Source of the DNA: Octopus bimaculoides
Taxonomy: Eukaryota
Length of the DNA: 51,528 nucleotides
Direction: 5' to 3'
NCBI RefSeq assembly: GCF_001194135.2
Contig: NC_068990.1
Span: 74,813,757-74,865,284 of the forward strand
Shown here: one piece after another, positions 10,195 to 22,911 of the stretch
Position numbering within the stretch: position 1 is the stretch's first letter
Layout of the letters: each line of letters begins with the position of its first letter
Translations under genes and position numbers: made by a program
Notes under the pieces: model-generated
Database searches by the model: none
What the model was told of the DNA's origin: nothing
The model's input: only the letters and a program-made list of their open reading frames with translations

Positions 10195-10270
10195 AACGGG
10201 TAGATTTTCACAGCCGTTACGGATTTGTTATCAACGGGTAGATTTTCACAGCCGTTACGGAGTTGTTATC
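10195..10270. repeat. 38-bp tandem duplication
   Basis: aacgggtagattttcacagccgttacgga(t/g)ttgttatc x2, 1 mismatch. Confidence 0.95.
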
Positions 10271-10495
10271 GTTATAACATGCTGTTCCAGCTGTTCTGTT
10301 GCCTACGGATGTAAATAACTCTTTGCATCATGGTAAATCCTTAAGCCCGAAATAAGGGTGGTTATTGCTAAACATAAATTGGAAGGGTTGTCAGAGATTT
10401 CTAAAAGCTATACCCTTGGGGAGCCAATCAAATATATATGTACCATGCTTCAATCTGATACTCCATACATACAGCAGAAATTAGTAATGTGAAAT

Positions 10496-10538
10496 GCAGT
10501 GCAGTGCAATGCAGTGCAGTGCAGTGCAGTGCAGTGTA
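10496..10538. repeat. (GCAGT)n pentanucleotide microsatellite
   Basis: About 8 copies of gcagt with one gcaat variant. Confidence 0.9.
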
Positions 10539-10777
10539 GACCAGTGCTGTGTTGTGCTATGCAGTGTGACTATAAAATTGTTTACTATGGGTTAGTTATT
10601 CTTAGAGCAAAGACTCCAGAATTTCTAAACTATTTATTTAAGATACAACCGATGTCATCAATTTTGTTAGCTTAAATGACATGAAAGTTAATTTTCCAAG
10701 CAATTGATGACATAGATGTTAATGTCCAATATACTAAATGTATGTGTGTGTGTGTGTCTGTGTGTGTGTGTGAATAC

Positions 10778-10935
10778 GTTCGACGGGTTTCTTTCAATTT
10801 TCGTCTATCACATCTCCTTTAGTCGGCCCGAGGCTATAGTAGAAGACACCTGCCTAAGGTGTCATGCAGTGGGACTGAATCCGGAAGCGTGTGGTTGGTG
10901 AGCAAGCTTCTTGCCACACAGCCATGCTCATATGC
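10778..10935 (-). mobile_element. SINE family B left arm (tRNA head plus CORE-like accttgggcaagtg; octopus OR-type CORE-SINE-like)
   Basis: Minus strand ggctgtgtgg..aagcttgc..cagtcccactgc..gtcttctactatagcctcgggccgac; preceded on its own strand by (TACA)n. Confidence 0.85.
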
Positions 10936-11029
10936 ATGCATGTATGTATGTATGTATGTATGTATGTATGTATGTATGTATGTATGTATGTATGTATGTA
11001 TGTATGAATGTATGTATGTATGGAGAGAT

Positions 11030-11085
11030 AGAAAACAATTATTCAAGGCATGGCTGCAGTCTACTGACTGACAAGTAAAAGATAA
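11030..11085 (+). mobile_element. SINE family B 3' terminus
   Basis: caaggcatggctgcagtc..actgacaagtaaaagataaaa. Confidence 0.6.
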
Positions 11086-11640
11086 AACACACACACATAG
11101 GCTAATCTCTTCTTTACAAATTAAGTGCTTCTCTATATTATCAGACGGAAAGTTCAACATCGTGAGCACAATGTGCAGTTAGTTATCAAGATTATTACAG
11201 ACTGTTATTTTGTCTATAATTAACACATTCATATAATATTTGTTTAGTTATATATAAGGATATAAGAATATTAGTGCTGTAGAATCAAATTCTTACCTAT
11301 AATATGATTGTTGAAATACTTCAACGATACATTATTAACAGAGACAATCTAGGAATCGGATGTTGGCATCTGTTGCAGTATTAAAGATATGATGAAGAAA
11401 GCAAAGTCGTACTACGTATATATAAGAGAAATCAACTGATTATGACGTCAAAATAAAAATATATATAAATTTTCATTCTCATTGAAAATTACCTAATTTA
11501 ATGCCTCACTTTAATTTGCTGCGCTTTAGAAAAAGAACAGGAAATGACGTCATAATTGAATAATTTTCAAATGCTACAAAATGTCTTCTTTCGTGAAATT
11601 AGTGGCGTTTCTTAAAATCTATTCATATTTACAGTATTGA

Positions 11641-11788
11641 AAGGCAGTGACATGGCAGAATCACCAACATGCTGGATAAAATACTCAGCGCCGTTTCGTC
11701 TGTCCTCATGTTCTGAGTTCAAATTACGCCGAGGTTGGCCCTCCGGTCCAAAATTTCAGGCCTTGTGACTATAGAAGAGAGGATATTT
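11641..11788 (+). mobile_element. SINE family A, core deleted
   Basis: tggcagaatc ... gagttcaaattacgccgagg joined to aaaatttcaggccttgtgactatag. Confidence 0.8.
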
Positions 11789-12141
11789 ACGGTGGTGAAA
11801 TATAACAATAGCTGTTTCTTATACAGACACTAGGGCAAACTTATAGAGAAAGTGTCTAGCCAATTACATCGATTCTGGTGCTTAAATGATATGATTAAAA
11901 GCAACGTTAACCTCGGTCGGATTGGAAATCCGGGCGTTCAGAGGCAAAAGTACATTATCTCAGGGCAATTTCCCCAACGTTCTATATATCTCTGCGTGTG
12001 CATGCGTGTGTGTGTGAATTTCTGTGTCTGTGTGCATGTGTGTAAGCTTTTATATGTATGCCAGAATGTGAGTGTAGACACACAGACGTATACATACATA
12101 TACGTGCATCTGTGTGTGCCTGTACTTGTGTGCGTGCGTAC

Positions 12142-12176
<35 letters not shown>

Positions 12177-12185
12177 TGTGTGTGT

Positions 12186-12503
12186 GATGATTTAGTGGTT
12201 AGAGGTATTAGGCTCACGAGCGTAAGGTCGTCAGTTCAGTTCCAACCGACGCGTTCTGTCCTTGATCAAGACACTTTATTTCACGTAGTTCCAGTGCATT
12301 CAGCTGGAAGAAATTAGCTGTATCTGTATTTCAAAGGGCCAGCCTTGTCACACTCTGTGTCACGCTGAATCTCCCCGCGAACTACGTTAAGGGCACACAT
12401 GTCTGTGGAGTCCTCAGCCACTTGCACATTAATGTCACGAGCAGGCTGCTCTGTTAATCGGATCAACTGGAACCCTCGTCGTCGCAACCAACGGATTGCC
12501 AGT
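12186..12503 (+). mobile_element. SINE family C, near full length (tRNA head, CORE-like tgtccttgatcaagacact)
   Basis: A box ttagtggttag and B box gttcagttcc. The head recurs at about 34400-34548 and the tail at 7936-8005. Confidence 0.8.
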
Positions 12504-12602
12504 ATACATGTATGTGTGTGTTTGTGTGTGTGTATACAAGCAATAGTAACTTGTATAAATATATATTGTTTGTGTGCGTAGTTGTTCTTATATACCTATG
12601 TG

Positions 12603-12604
<2 letters not shown>

Positions 12605-12633
<29 letters not shown>

Positions 12634-12640
12634 CTAAATG

Positions 12641-12721
<81 letters not shown>

Positions 12722-13345
12722 GTAGATAGATAGATAGATAGATAGCTNNNNNNNNNNNNNNNNNNNNNNNNNNNNNNNNNNNNNNNNNNNNNNNNNNNNN
12801 NNNNNNNNNNNNNNNNNNNNNNNNNNNNNNNNNNNNNNNNNNNNNNNNNNNNNNNNNNNNNNNNNNNNNNNNNNNNNNNNNNNNNNNNNNNNNNNNNNNN
12901 NNNNNNNNNNNNNNNNNNNNNNNNNNNNNNNNNNNNNNNNNNNNNNNNNNNNNNNNNNNNNNNNNNNNNNNNNNNNNNNNNNNNNNNNNNNNNNNNNNNN
13001 NNNNNNNNNNNNNNNNNNNNNNNNNNNNNNNNNNNNNNNNNNNNNNNNNNNNNNNNNNNNATGCATGCGTAAATACATACATACATCCTTCCTACATCTA
13101 CCCATAGATACATACATAAATATATAGATACATACAGACATGCATATATACGTACATACGTACGTACATAAATACATACATACATACACATACACGCATG
13201 AATACATAGGTACATACATCCACTCATACGTACACTCACACATAGATACATACAAACATACCTACATACATACACAAACACACGCATGTATGAATACATA
13301 CATATAACATACATATATACATGCATACATACATACATACATACA
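12605..13345. repeat. (GATA)n tract, gap, then degenerate (TACA)n tract
   Basis: Direct inspection; gap 12748-13060. Confidence 0.95.
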
Positions 13346-14270
13346 TTTGATTTCGTTTTGTTATAAAGAACCACTAATAACCAGCTGTTGGAAGTCAATA
13401 AATTTATACAAGTAATTCGTGTTAGTACTAACTTCCAGTGGCGAATTGCTGTGAATTTAATGACGCTCTCCGCACCAATTTCTCATAAGAACAAAGCGAT
13501 AAATTATTATGTAATTTTATTAGGACATGATGATAATACGACATAATACTAATCAACAAAACGAAAGTCAAAAGAATACGAATTTCGTAACAACATTCAT
13601 TTACTAACAACTGCAATTTATAGCTTCGTCAGAGCCTTAAAAAGCTGTTTTGGGTGCACGGTCCTTTATAGCCGAAACAGCTGTACTCTAGTGAATGTTA
13701 TTACTTATCATCTGTTATAAATTTATTAATATTTTTACATGTACATTTATATTTATATATGTATATGTATATATGTGTGTGTGTGTGTGTGTNNNNNNNN
13801 NNNNNNNNNNNNNNNNNNNNNNNNNNNNNNNNNNNNNNNNNNNNNNNNNNNNNNNNNNNNNNNNNNNNNNNNNNNNNNNNNNNNNNNNNNNNTATATATA
13901 TATAATTCATTCGTATACACATACAGAGAGATAGGAAGAGAGACAGTACGGGATGGAGGGAAGGGGAAAGTATTGGAATAGGGGAAAATGTTTACTTGAG
14001 TTGTAAGTAAAAATAGACATTTTCAAAAGACAAAAAAGAACACATGAATATGAACATTATAATAAGCAAAGAAGAAAAGAAAAGCAAATCAAAATCAGAA
14101 ACATCACAAGGTATAAAAGTTATTTGGTATCTGACAGAAGGACAATTGATTTATATTTGATAGTAAAACAAAAACATCAACACGACCATCAACAATGAAG
14201 GAGAGATAAACAAAAGAATTCAAAAGAAATACCAAAAATAACATAATAGATAAAGACAAACACATTTTGC

Positions 14271-14785
<515 letters not shown>

Positions 14786-15404
14786 AAACATTGCAAATGA
14801 AGTTATTAACATTCTCAATGAAGCAATACATGTTATGTTGCATGCCATAATTAAATTATTAAAGAAGGTATATATCGTTGACGTTTTGACTTTCATTTCT
14901 GAAAATTAATGGAACTGCTTGTGCGAATTGCAAGCAAAGTAATTGACAAATTGTAGTGTATATTACATGTGATGCAATTTCACATAAGCATATAATTTTT
15001 GGCTTGAATGTTCAATTAATCAAGCATCAGCATAGTTTGTTCTGATGTTATAGAGTAGGAATTTGTCAATGTGTTAGCAAGCAGAAATAAGTTCGGTTCC
15101 TTTGATTATAGTATAATGTTGAATAATATGACATTTCTCCTAAGACAGAAATCACAACATTTCAAACCTTTCTTGAATTCATTTTCGATGGCGAGTATTC
15201 AAGTACTTTATTAACTGAAGTGCCGACTCAATGAATTCTACTGTACGTACCTGAGTACTTCGGAGACATGTGTACACTTAGCGCAATGCTCGGATCGACC
15301 ACAATGCATAGCGAACAGCATATGTATATGTATGTGTGTGTGTGTATGTATGTATGTGTGAGTGTGTTTGTGTGTGTGCGTGTATGTGTGTGTGCGTGTG
15401 TTCT

Positions 15405-15799
15405 TTTATTCTTTTACTTGTTTCAGTCATTTGACTGCAGCCATGCTGGAGCACCGCCTTAGTCGAAGAAATCGACCCCAGAACCTATCTTTTGTAAGCC
15501 GAGAACTTATTCTATCGGTGACTTTTGCCGAACCGCTAAGTTACGGAGCTGTGAACACACCGGTATCGGTTGTCAAGCGATGGCGGGGGGAGAAACACAG
15601 ACAAAGATACAAATACACACACACACAAATATATAGAAATATATATATACGACGGATTTCTTTCAGTTTCCGTCTAACAAATCCACTCACAAGGTTTTGG
15701 TCGGCCCGAGACTATAGTAGAAAGCACTTACCGAAGGTGCCACGCAGTGGGACTGAACCCAGATCTATGTGGTTGAGAAGCAAGCTTCTTACCACACAG
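15405..15799 (-). mobile_element. SINE family B, full length, with internal (CA/TA) microsatellite
   Basis: Left arm, microsatellite and right arm (ccagcatggctgcagtc..gaaacaagtaaaag) are collinear with the other copies. Confidence 0.9.
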
Positions 15800-15801
15800 A
15801 A

Positions 15802-15856
<55 letters not shown>

Positions 15857-16152
15857 TCAACTAACAAATTTCACTCATAATGCATGGGTCGAACCCACGC
15901 TATCATATAGGAATCAAACCCGAGACCTCATTGCTTTAAAGTAAACTTCTTAACCAATAGGCCTTACCTTGTCATGAATCGCAGGTGAGATATATGAATT
16001 TATATGTATGTGCTTACAGATAGAAGTATATAAAACAGGAGAGTGGCGAAAAGAGAATGCATTTATGAGTGACTGAGAATATACGTATGTGAGTGTGTAT
16101 CAATATGTTTAACATACATATATGTATGTACGTATATATGTCTGCCTGTCTA

Positions 16153-16189
<37 letters not shown>

Positions 16190-16200
16190 ATGTATGTATG

Positions 16201-16263
<63 letters not shown>

Positions 16264-18051
16264 AAAGAATGAAGGACACAAGCATATAAATATCATTTTT
16301 TATGAATATTTACTTTCTTGATTCTCTATACGCGTGTGTGCTTGTATGTGTTTCTGCGCATGAGTACGTCTACGCGTGTATATAAAGTATACATACATAT
16401 ATATATATATATTTTTATATACATAGTGTGTGTATACAGATTTGTGTGTGCGTGTGTGTTTGTATACATGTACGCAAACATATAGGTTTATGTATGAGTG
16501 TGTGTGCCTATGTGCATGGCTGTATATGGAGATAGAGAGAGAAAGTGAGATAGAAAGAGATGAGCGTGCGTAAGAGAGCGAGAAAGGTAACTATGCTAAA
16601 GTCATTGCAGACAATCTTTTCCCATCCCAATATAAGTAAGCTATAGCAGCAACAACAAGATCAACATCAACAACAACAACAGCAGCAGCAGGAACAGCAA
16701 CAATATTTCCTGTTAATTTCAAACTGATGTCTGGCGCAGTAAAACGAATAAAATCCATCAAATGGTCGTATTATGTCTGATGCGAAGCTGAAACTGGTCG
16801 CTATCTTAATCCATTCATATACTCAGTTAAATAAGCTTAGATCAGAGGTCACAGCTTATTATATACATTCCTAGACAGCAGGGAAATAAAATATTGTATC
16901 TGGTCTTCAATACAGAGTTTTGACTTTGTCTTGATGAAAACTAACCCTTTAAAGTTCCATGTCATAAAATAGTACCCTACAATTGATGAATCTTTTAATA
17001 TTGGTCCCATTCTTGAAGGTACTAGCGTCTGAAATGAAAAGCGTCTGATAAATATACAAAGAAGCAATGGAGATGTTATTTGTGACAATGCTTTTCTTTT
17101 TTTCCAATATAAACCAAGAAGAAAAATGTATTGAGTTATAGAGTATCTGACATATGTCTGAAAGGAAAATTGGAAATTGAGAAAGAGAGATAAGATATCA
17201 GATGACGAAGTATCATCACTGGAGGAGTTTTATTTTGTTTGGGTGTGTATTAACCTTTTCGAGCCCACAACAACGATTTATAACTATACAGTCAATCAAT
17301 GTTTTATGTCTAGTCCCAGTTGAAGGTGATCATCGTTATCCTAAATTTTGTAGCCAATGACTAATGAGCGACCGCTTCGTGTTTTACTTGATTCTCTATC
17401 ATACCGCATATGTATAGACGCTCCTATCACAATTTCTCATTTTTACCATCCTTTTTCTTCTAGTATTCAGAACCTTTAATTTATTCAGACGATTTTAAGG
17501 TTTTCGGTCACATCTTTTTCAACGTTCTTTTAAGTATCTTCCTTTCTTATGTATAGATATGTCACAGTTTATATCATGCTGACGACTTTTTAAAATACCA
17601 CCGACTTTTCAGAACTTCACAATAAGTAATCAAAAAAATTAATAAATATGTGAATTCTATATATCATTTTCCTTATAATTTCTGAATTTCAAGCTCAAAT
17701 TTCTAATTCTGCTAAATATCATGAAGAAATGATTATCGCCCTTTCAATAGCTGTAACAACCAGGAGGACCACATGTAATATTACAATAGTTTCGATGATA
17801 TCATTCTATGATCCATTCAGCTAAATTAGGTATAGAAGCTCTGAAGCAAAAATATATATATCACCGGCCTAACAGGCAAGTTAAACCAACTTCATCGGAT
17901 GTAATTATTATAACAGTTTATCCGTAATACGCCAATAGGCCAATGATTTAGTGAAGGCATCCTATTTAAAAGACCTCCAAAGAGTTCCCAAATCGCTCTA
18001 AAGTAATCTTCATGAAGTGGTATAACAGAATAAGATTGAAAATATTGGATT

Positions 18052-18259
18052 CAATTTCGGGCACAAGGCAAGCAATTTCAGAGGAGAGATAAGTCGATTA
18101 CATCGCTCTAGAGCTCAACAAGTACTTATTTTATCGACCCCGAAAGGATGAAACGCAAAGTAGACCACGGCAGACTTTGAACTCAGAGCGTAAAAACGAA
18201 CGGAATGCTACTAAGTATCTCGCCCGGCATGCTAACAATTCAGCCAGTTCGCCGCCTTA
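18052..18259 (-). mobile_element. SINE family A, full length
   Basis: Minus strand ggcggcgaactggctgaattgttagc ... ccttgtgcccgaaattga. Confidence 0.9.
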
Positions 18260-18574
18260 AAAAACACAAAGCGTCAGTTATTAACGCCAATTAAAGATGC
18301 GAAAGATATCGTGAGGTGACGAGGTAGCCTCTAAGTGGTCACTACAACTGCTGAACAAATTGAAATCAGATCTAGCACAAATTACATGCAATTTGTTGAC
18401 TTTTACTTTTAAGTTCAACTCTTCCTGTGCTTCAAAGTTAGCTAGGCTACGACAGATTGATTTGCCAAGGCACATAACACCGTGTAACAATTTATTTTGT
18501 CTTTGGTTAGTAAGTGTTATTTCCTTTTTGCTTCTATCTAGAAATCAAAAGACATGACTACTATTCCCTTCAAA

Positions 18575-18845
18575 CATTGCTTTTGTGACCTGGACATGTT
18601 GTGAAACTGACCTATTTTCCATTACATTTCAGACAGCTTCAGTGCTGAGTTGCTAATGCAAAAATATCGTTGTAGCAAATATTCTGTTCAATAACTCAGA
18701 TTTGCTTGTCAATCGTTTGACTGTAGCCACTTGAGCATGTTCCTTAGTGGCTGACAATATGTTCATCTCTGATCATAAGCAGGAGTAGTAGAGGAGCATC
18801 ATTGCCATGTGATGAGAGGGATTTTGGGGGGTTTGAATAAATGTA
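18575..18845 (+). mobile_element. Second copy of family D
   Basis: Matches the reverse complement of 2430-2630. Confidence 0.7.
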
Positions 18846-20082
18846 ACAAAAACAACATTTTGAAGGAAATATTAGCTATTTTTCAAATTTTCTAGGAGTA
18901 AGCAAATAAGAAATAACAGTTGCCACCCAAAGAGAAAAATCATATTACACAGTTTAATCTGTTTCGTAATACCACTAGGTTGAGCGAAGAGACTTATTTT
19001 TGCCACAACAAATGCATCACCACACTTAGTTTCATTTGTCTTTAGACTAGTAATTTAATTAAAATATCTTCTAAGTCTATATCGAAGTCTTCCTTTGATG
19101 GACCTAACAAAGTCTCCAGGAGTTTTGGCAAAGTATAAGTCACCCTCCACTCGCGTACCTGAGTGATAGATTGTAGTTGGTTGACGCCTGCTTTGGGTTA
19201 ACATATAAACAAGTTTACTTTCTTTCGACAAAATGTTCTATATTGAACGGGAGGTTTTTCGAAAGTAGATTTGCGAAGGCTAGTGATTCGTTATTCGAGT
19301 TTATGCTAGACGTCTGTACTTATGTCGCATTGCTATTTTTCTTGTCAAATACGTTGTTTATTTTGCTGTATTTTTCTGTTCGAATGCGATTTTTCTCATC
19401 TTCTACCACTTGTTGGTGTTTTTATTAATATTCTTTTTACATTATCTCTTATTTTGTTTGGTAGATATTTTGCTTTGTTTACTATAATCTTTCGGAAGAT
19501 CGAAATCAAGTAAATAAAACCTTTTTCCCTTTTATTTTTGCTCTTTGTTTTTGTTTTGTTTTTCTAAAGTTTGACGATAATATTAAATGGAGTTTTTTGT
19601 AATCGGCCTTGTTGTCTGACCTCAAAACTGTCCAATAAAAACCTTTGTGTAAAATAAAATTTCAAATGAAAATGACTTCCTTCATTTACACTTGTAAAGC
19701 ATCGACAAATATTGCAGCAGAAATTTAGTACATCCAAGGCAACAGCCTAGCTGCTACACATGTGGCAGTAAAAGCTATTTAAGGGCTTTCTGAACAGAAA
19801 CCTTAAAGAAATAAAAGCTATAACATCATGGATCTTGCCAGTCCTTGGTAAAACAACTGACAAACGTATGAATCAACAATTAAACTTGCTCTCCCGTCTT
19901 TGCCAAAAACGAACCATGAGACCTAAGAAATCCCTCTTCCAAACATAACCACACAAGAAGAGGGAAGTTACCCATAACAACAAAAATTAAACAATCAGGA
20001 CACCGAATGAAATAGGCAGATTTCTTTAGAGAATACAAAATATGGAAAGAGACCATACGCAAATCTTTTGTAGATTCAGACT

Positions 20083-20180
20083 GGGCTGTGTGGTAAGAAG
20101 CACCTCCGGCATGGCACCTTGGGCAAGTGTCTTCTGCTATAGTGGATATGGTAGACAGAAACGGAAAAGAAAGCTGTCGT

Positions 20181-20211
<31 letters not shown>

Positions 20212-20389
20212 CGTGCGTGTGTGTGCGTGCGTGTGTGTGCGTGCGCGTGTGTGCGTGCGTGTGTGCGTGTGTTCGGTCTGTCTGTCCGTGTTTGTCCCCT
20301 GCTAACACTCGACAACTGGTGTTGGTGTGCTTACGCCCCTGTAACTTTGTGGGCTGGCAAAAGTGATCGATAGAATAAGTACCAGGCTA

Positions 20390-20448
<59 letters not shown>

Positions 20449-20625
20449 ATACATACATACATACATACATACGTACGTACGTACGTACATACATACATAC
20501 ATACATACATACATACATACATACATACATACATACTGGTGTCGATTCATTCGACTAAAAAGTTTTCAAAGTGGTGCCCCAGCATGGCCACAATCTATTG
20601 ACTGAAACAATTAAAAGACAAAAGT
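20083..20625 (+). mobile_element. SINE family B with internal (GT/GCGT)n and an extra (AAT)n(TACA)n expansion in the right arm
   Basis: Left arm accttgggcaagtgtcttctgctatag; the right arm is split at gatagaataagtaccaggctaa by the compound microsatellite. Confidence 0.85.
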
Positions 20626-22004
20626 TAAAAAATAAAGCAAATAAAAAAGTATATTGAGGAATACACCTGTCAGGCGGAAACATTCTCCGCAAAAGAATCA
20701 CTCATCTATTATAGAGGAGAACCCATCTATACTCTGTGAGAACACATCAACGCCCTCCCTCCCTGAATGAACAACTATTCATAGCCCTTCGGGGACCATA
20801 AATGAGGTGTACTGTCAAGCGTGAGGGTCAATGAAATGGGACTAACCCATCCTTAGAAATTCCTAGCCTTGGGCCTAAATCAGAAACCATAATTTAATAT
20901 CCAGAGAATCCAAAAGTGAAAATGAAAGTAAGAATTTCCGTAATGCTAAGGAAAACAAAGTTTCGGTTCTAAATTCCAAGTTATTAATAAATTTCTCGTT
21001 GTAGACAAACGGTGTGGATATATCTAGATGAGTTCGCAGCGCCACCTATCTAGACTGTGAGACGCCAGCATTTTGGAGTAGTTGTCTCCTCTTCTGTCAC
21101 TGATACCAGACAGGTGACGCTGAGAACTGATCGAAGATATTGTTTCTCTTACGCTACTTCAGTCACCGTACCATGATTTATAGAGCTATGCGGTGGATTA
21201 CTGTAAGTAAATTACGGAGTGGGAGCGCTAAACAGTGATATGCATAAATGCAATGTTATTACCAGTTCAAATATATCTGAGGCACGTTCGAACTGGGGAA
21301 CAAGCCATTTACTGTGTTTTGTCATGGAGAAAATTTCTCACTGTAGACAAATAAATGACAAAATACGAGCGAAGATTCGAACAATGTGTCGCATATTCGA
21401 TCCACCTGAAACTTAGCTATCTACACTATGGCACTTGTCATGTTTTAATATACTAAGTAGGAAGTTACTTTTGATCTACTGTCAAGTCTTTTCTTTCATT
21501 TTTGTTGTTTATTTTCTTTTTTGTTTTTTTCCAAAAATTACTTATATAACATTTCTCCAATTCTATTCGGAAATCTACAAAGATTTGTTTTTCAACACCG
21601 TCACAAACAAATTCGAGACATTTAATTGCAAAAGACAAGCAAGCAAGCAACGTCTGTGATAAAAATGGTTCGTGTTTTTGTTCGCGTCAAAACAAGTTGA
21701 AAGGGTATGATTAGCATGGCCAACACTGATGATTCAATGAAGGCCAGATCGTAATTCTACTTCATGATAATTCCATGAATATGGTAAACTTTCTGTTGTT
21801 TTTTTGTTCATAATCTCTCTATAATTACAAGACAAAGTGCAATTGAGAGATAAATGGGGTTTTTTTTCTCTTTTGCTTCTATATATTTATTGCATGGTTT
21901 AACTATTATTTCATGGTTTGCCTTCGCAAGCTGCGAAGGTAAAAGCTTCAAACCCTTTCTTCTATTGCTGTTGCTGTTGTTGTTGTTGTTGTTGTTGTTG
22001 TTAT

Positions 22005-22091
22005 TATGCGGTTGTGTGGTAAGAAGTTTGCTTCCCAACTATATATTTATATGTGCGTGTGTGTTTGTGTTTGTATGTGTGTGCGTATGTA

Positions 22092-22132
<41 letters not shown>

Positions 22133-22548
22133 GTGTTTGTCCCTCACCGCCACTTGACAACCGGTGTTGGTGTGATCATGTTCCCGTAACTTAGCGTGTC
22201 GAAAAAAGTGGTCGATAAATAAATACCAGGCATTAGATAAAATAAAGTCTTGGGGTCGATTCATTCGGCTAAAAAAATTCTTCGAAGCAGTGTTCCAGCA
22301 TGGCCGCAATCTAATAACTTAACAAAAAAGTAAAAATTCGGCTAAATCGTTAGGACTCCGGGCGAAATGCTTCGCAGCATTTCGTCCATCTTTACGCTCT
22401 GGATTCAAATTACAACAAGTCCGAAGTTGTCTTTCGTCATTTCGGAGTCAATAAAATAAATACCAGCTGAGCAGTGGAGTCAATGTAATCGACTTATAGC
22501 CTCCCCCGAAATTGCTGGCCTTGTGTCAAAATTTGAAGCTATTAGTAT
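22005..22548 (+). mobile_element. SINE family B (22005-22326, left arm deleted) followed by SINE family A (22335-22548)
   Basis: Diagnostic motifs as in the other copies. Confidence 0.8.
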
Positions 22549-22830
22549 TTTTCTATTTTTTACTTTCTTTATCACGGGTTTTCTTGGAGCTCCTGGAATC
22601 ATTCATGCGTAGCGGGCTTACTAGCGGCAGCCTACGGTACCATGCTATCCATTCTTTTCAGCTATCTAATACTTTCCTGATTATTCTGGTCATGCCAAGG
22701 AGGCAAACCTTTTGTAACAGTTCTACTGACACTCTATTCCAATTTTTTTTTTATATTCCCCTTGATGCCTTCTGGTACTGTTCCCAAGAATCCAACAATA
22801 ATTAGTACTATCTTCACCTTCATTTTCAAT
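22545..22830 (-). mobile_element. 3' end of a second R4/Dong-type LINE family
   Basis: MKVKIVLIIVGFLGTVPEGIKGNIKK(fs)..VSVELLQKVCLLGMTRIIRKVLDS* (TGA at 22660-22658), followed by a 3' UTR unrelated to that of 22866-24612. Confidence 0.75.
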
Positions 22831-22865
22831 ATTTGTATTTATTTATGTTTTGCCTTCCTACTTGA

Positions 22866-22876
22866 CTATTATTATT

Positions 22877-22911
<35 letters not shown>

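Noticed and set aside
16625-16705. Poly-Gln-like (CAG/CAA) tract as a coding exon
   Set aside because: No convincing splice sites or extended ORF; consistent with a simple microsatellite.
21036-21046. AGCGCCACCTA, half of a CTCF motif
   Set aside because: The following bases (TCTA) do not match the GTGG expected to complete the motif; one partial match in 51 kb is expected by chance.
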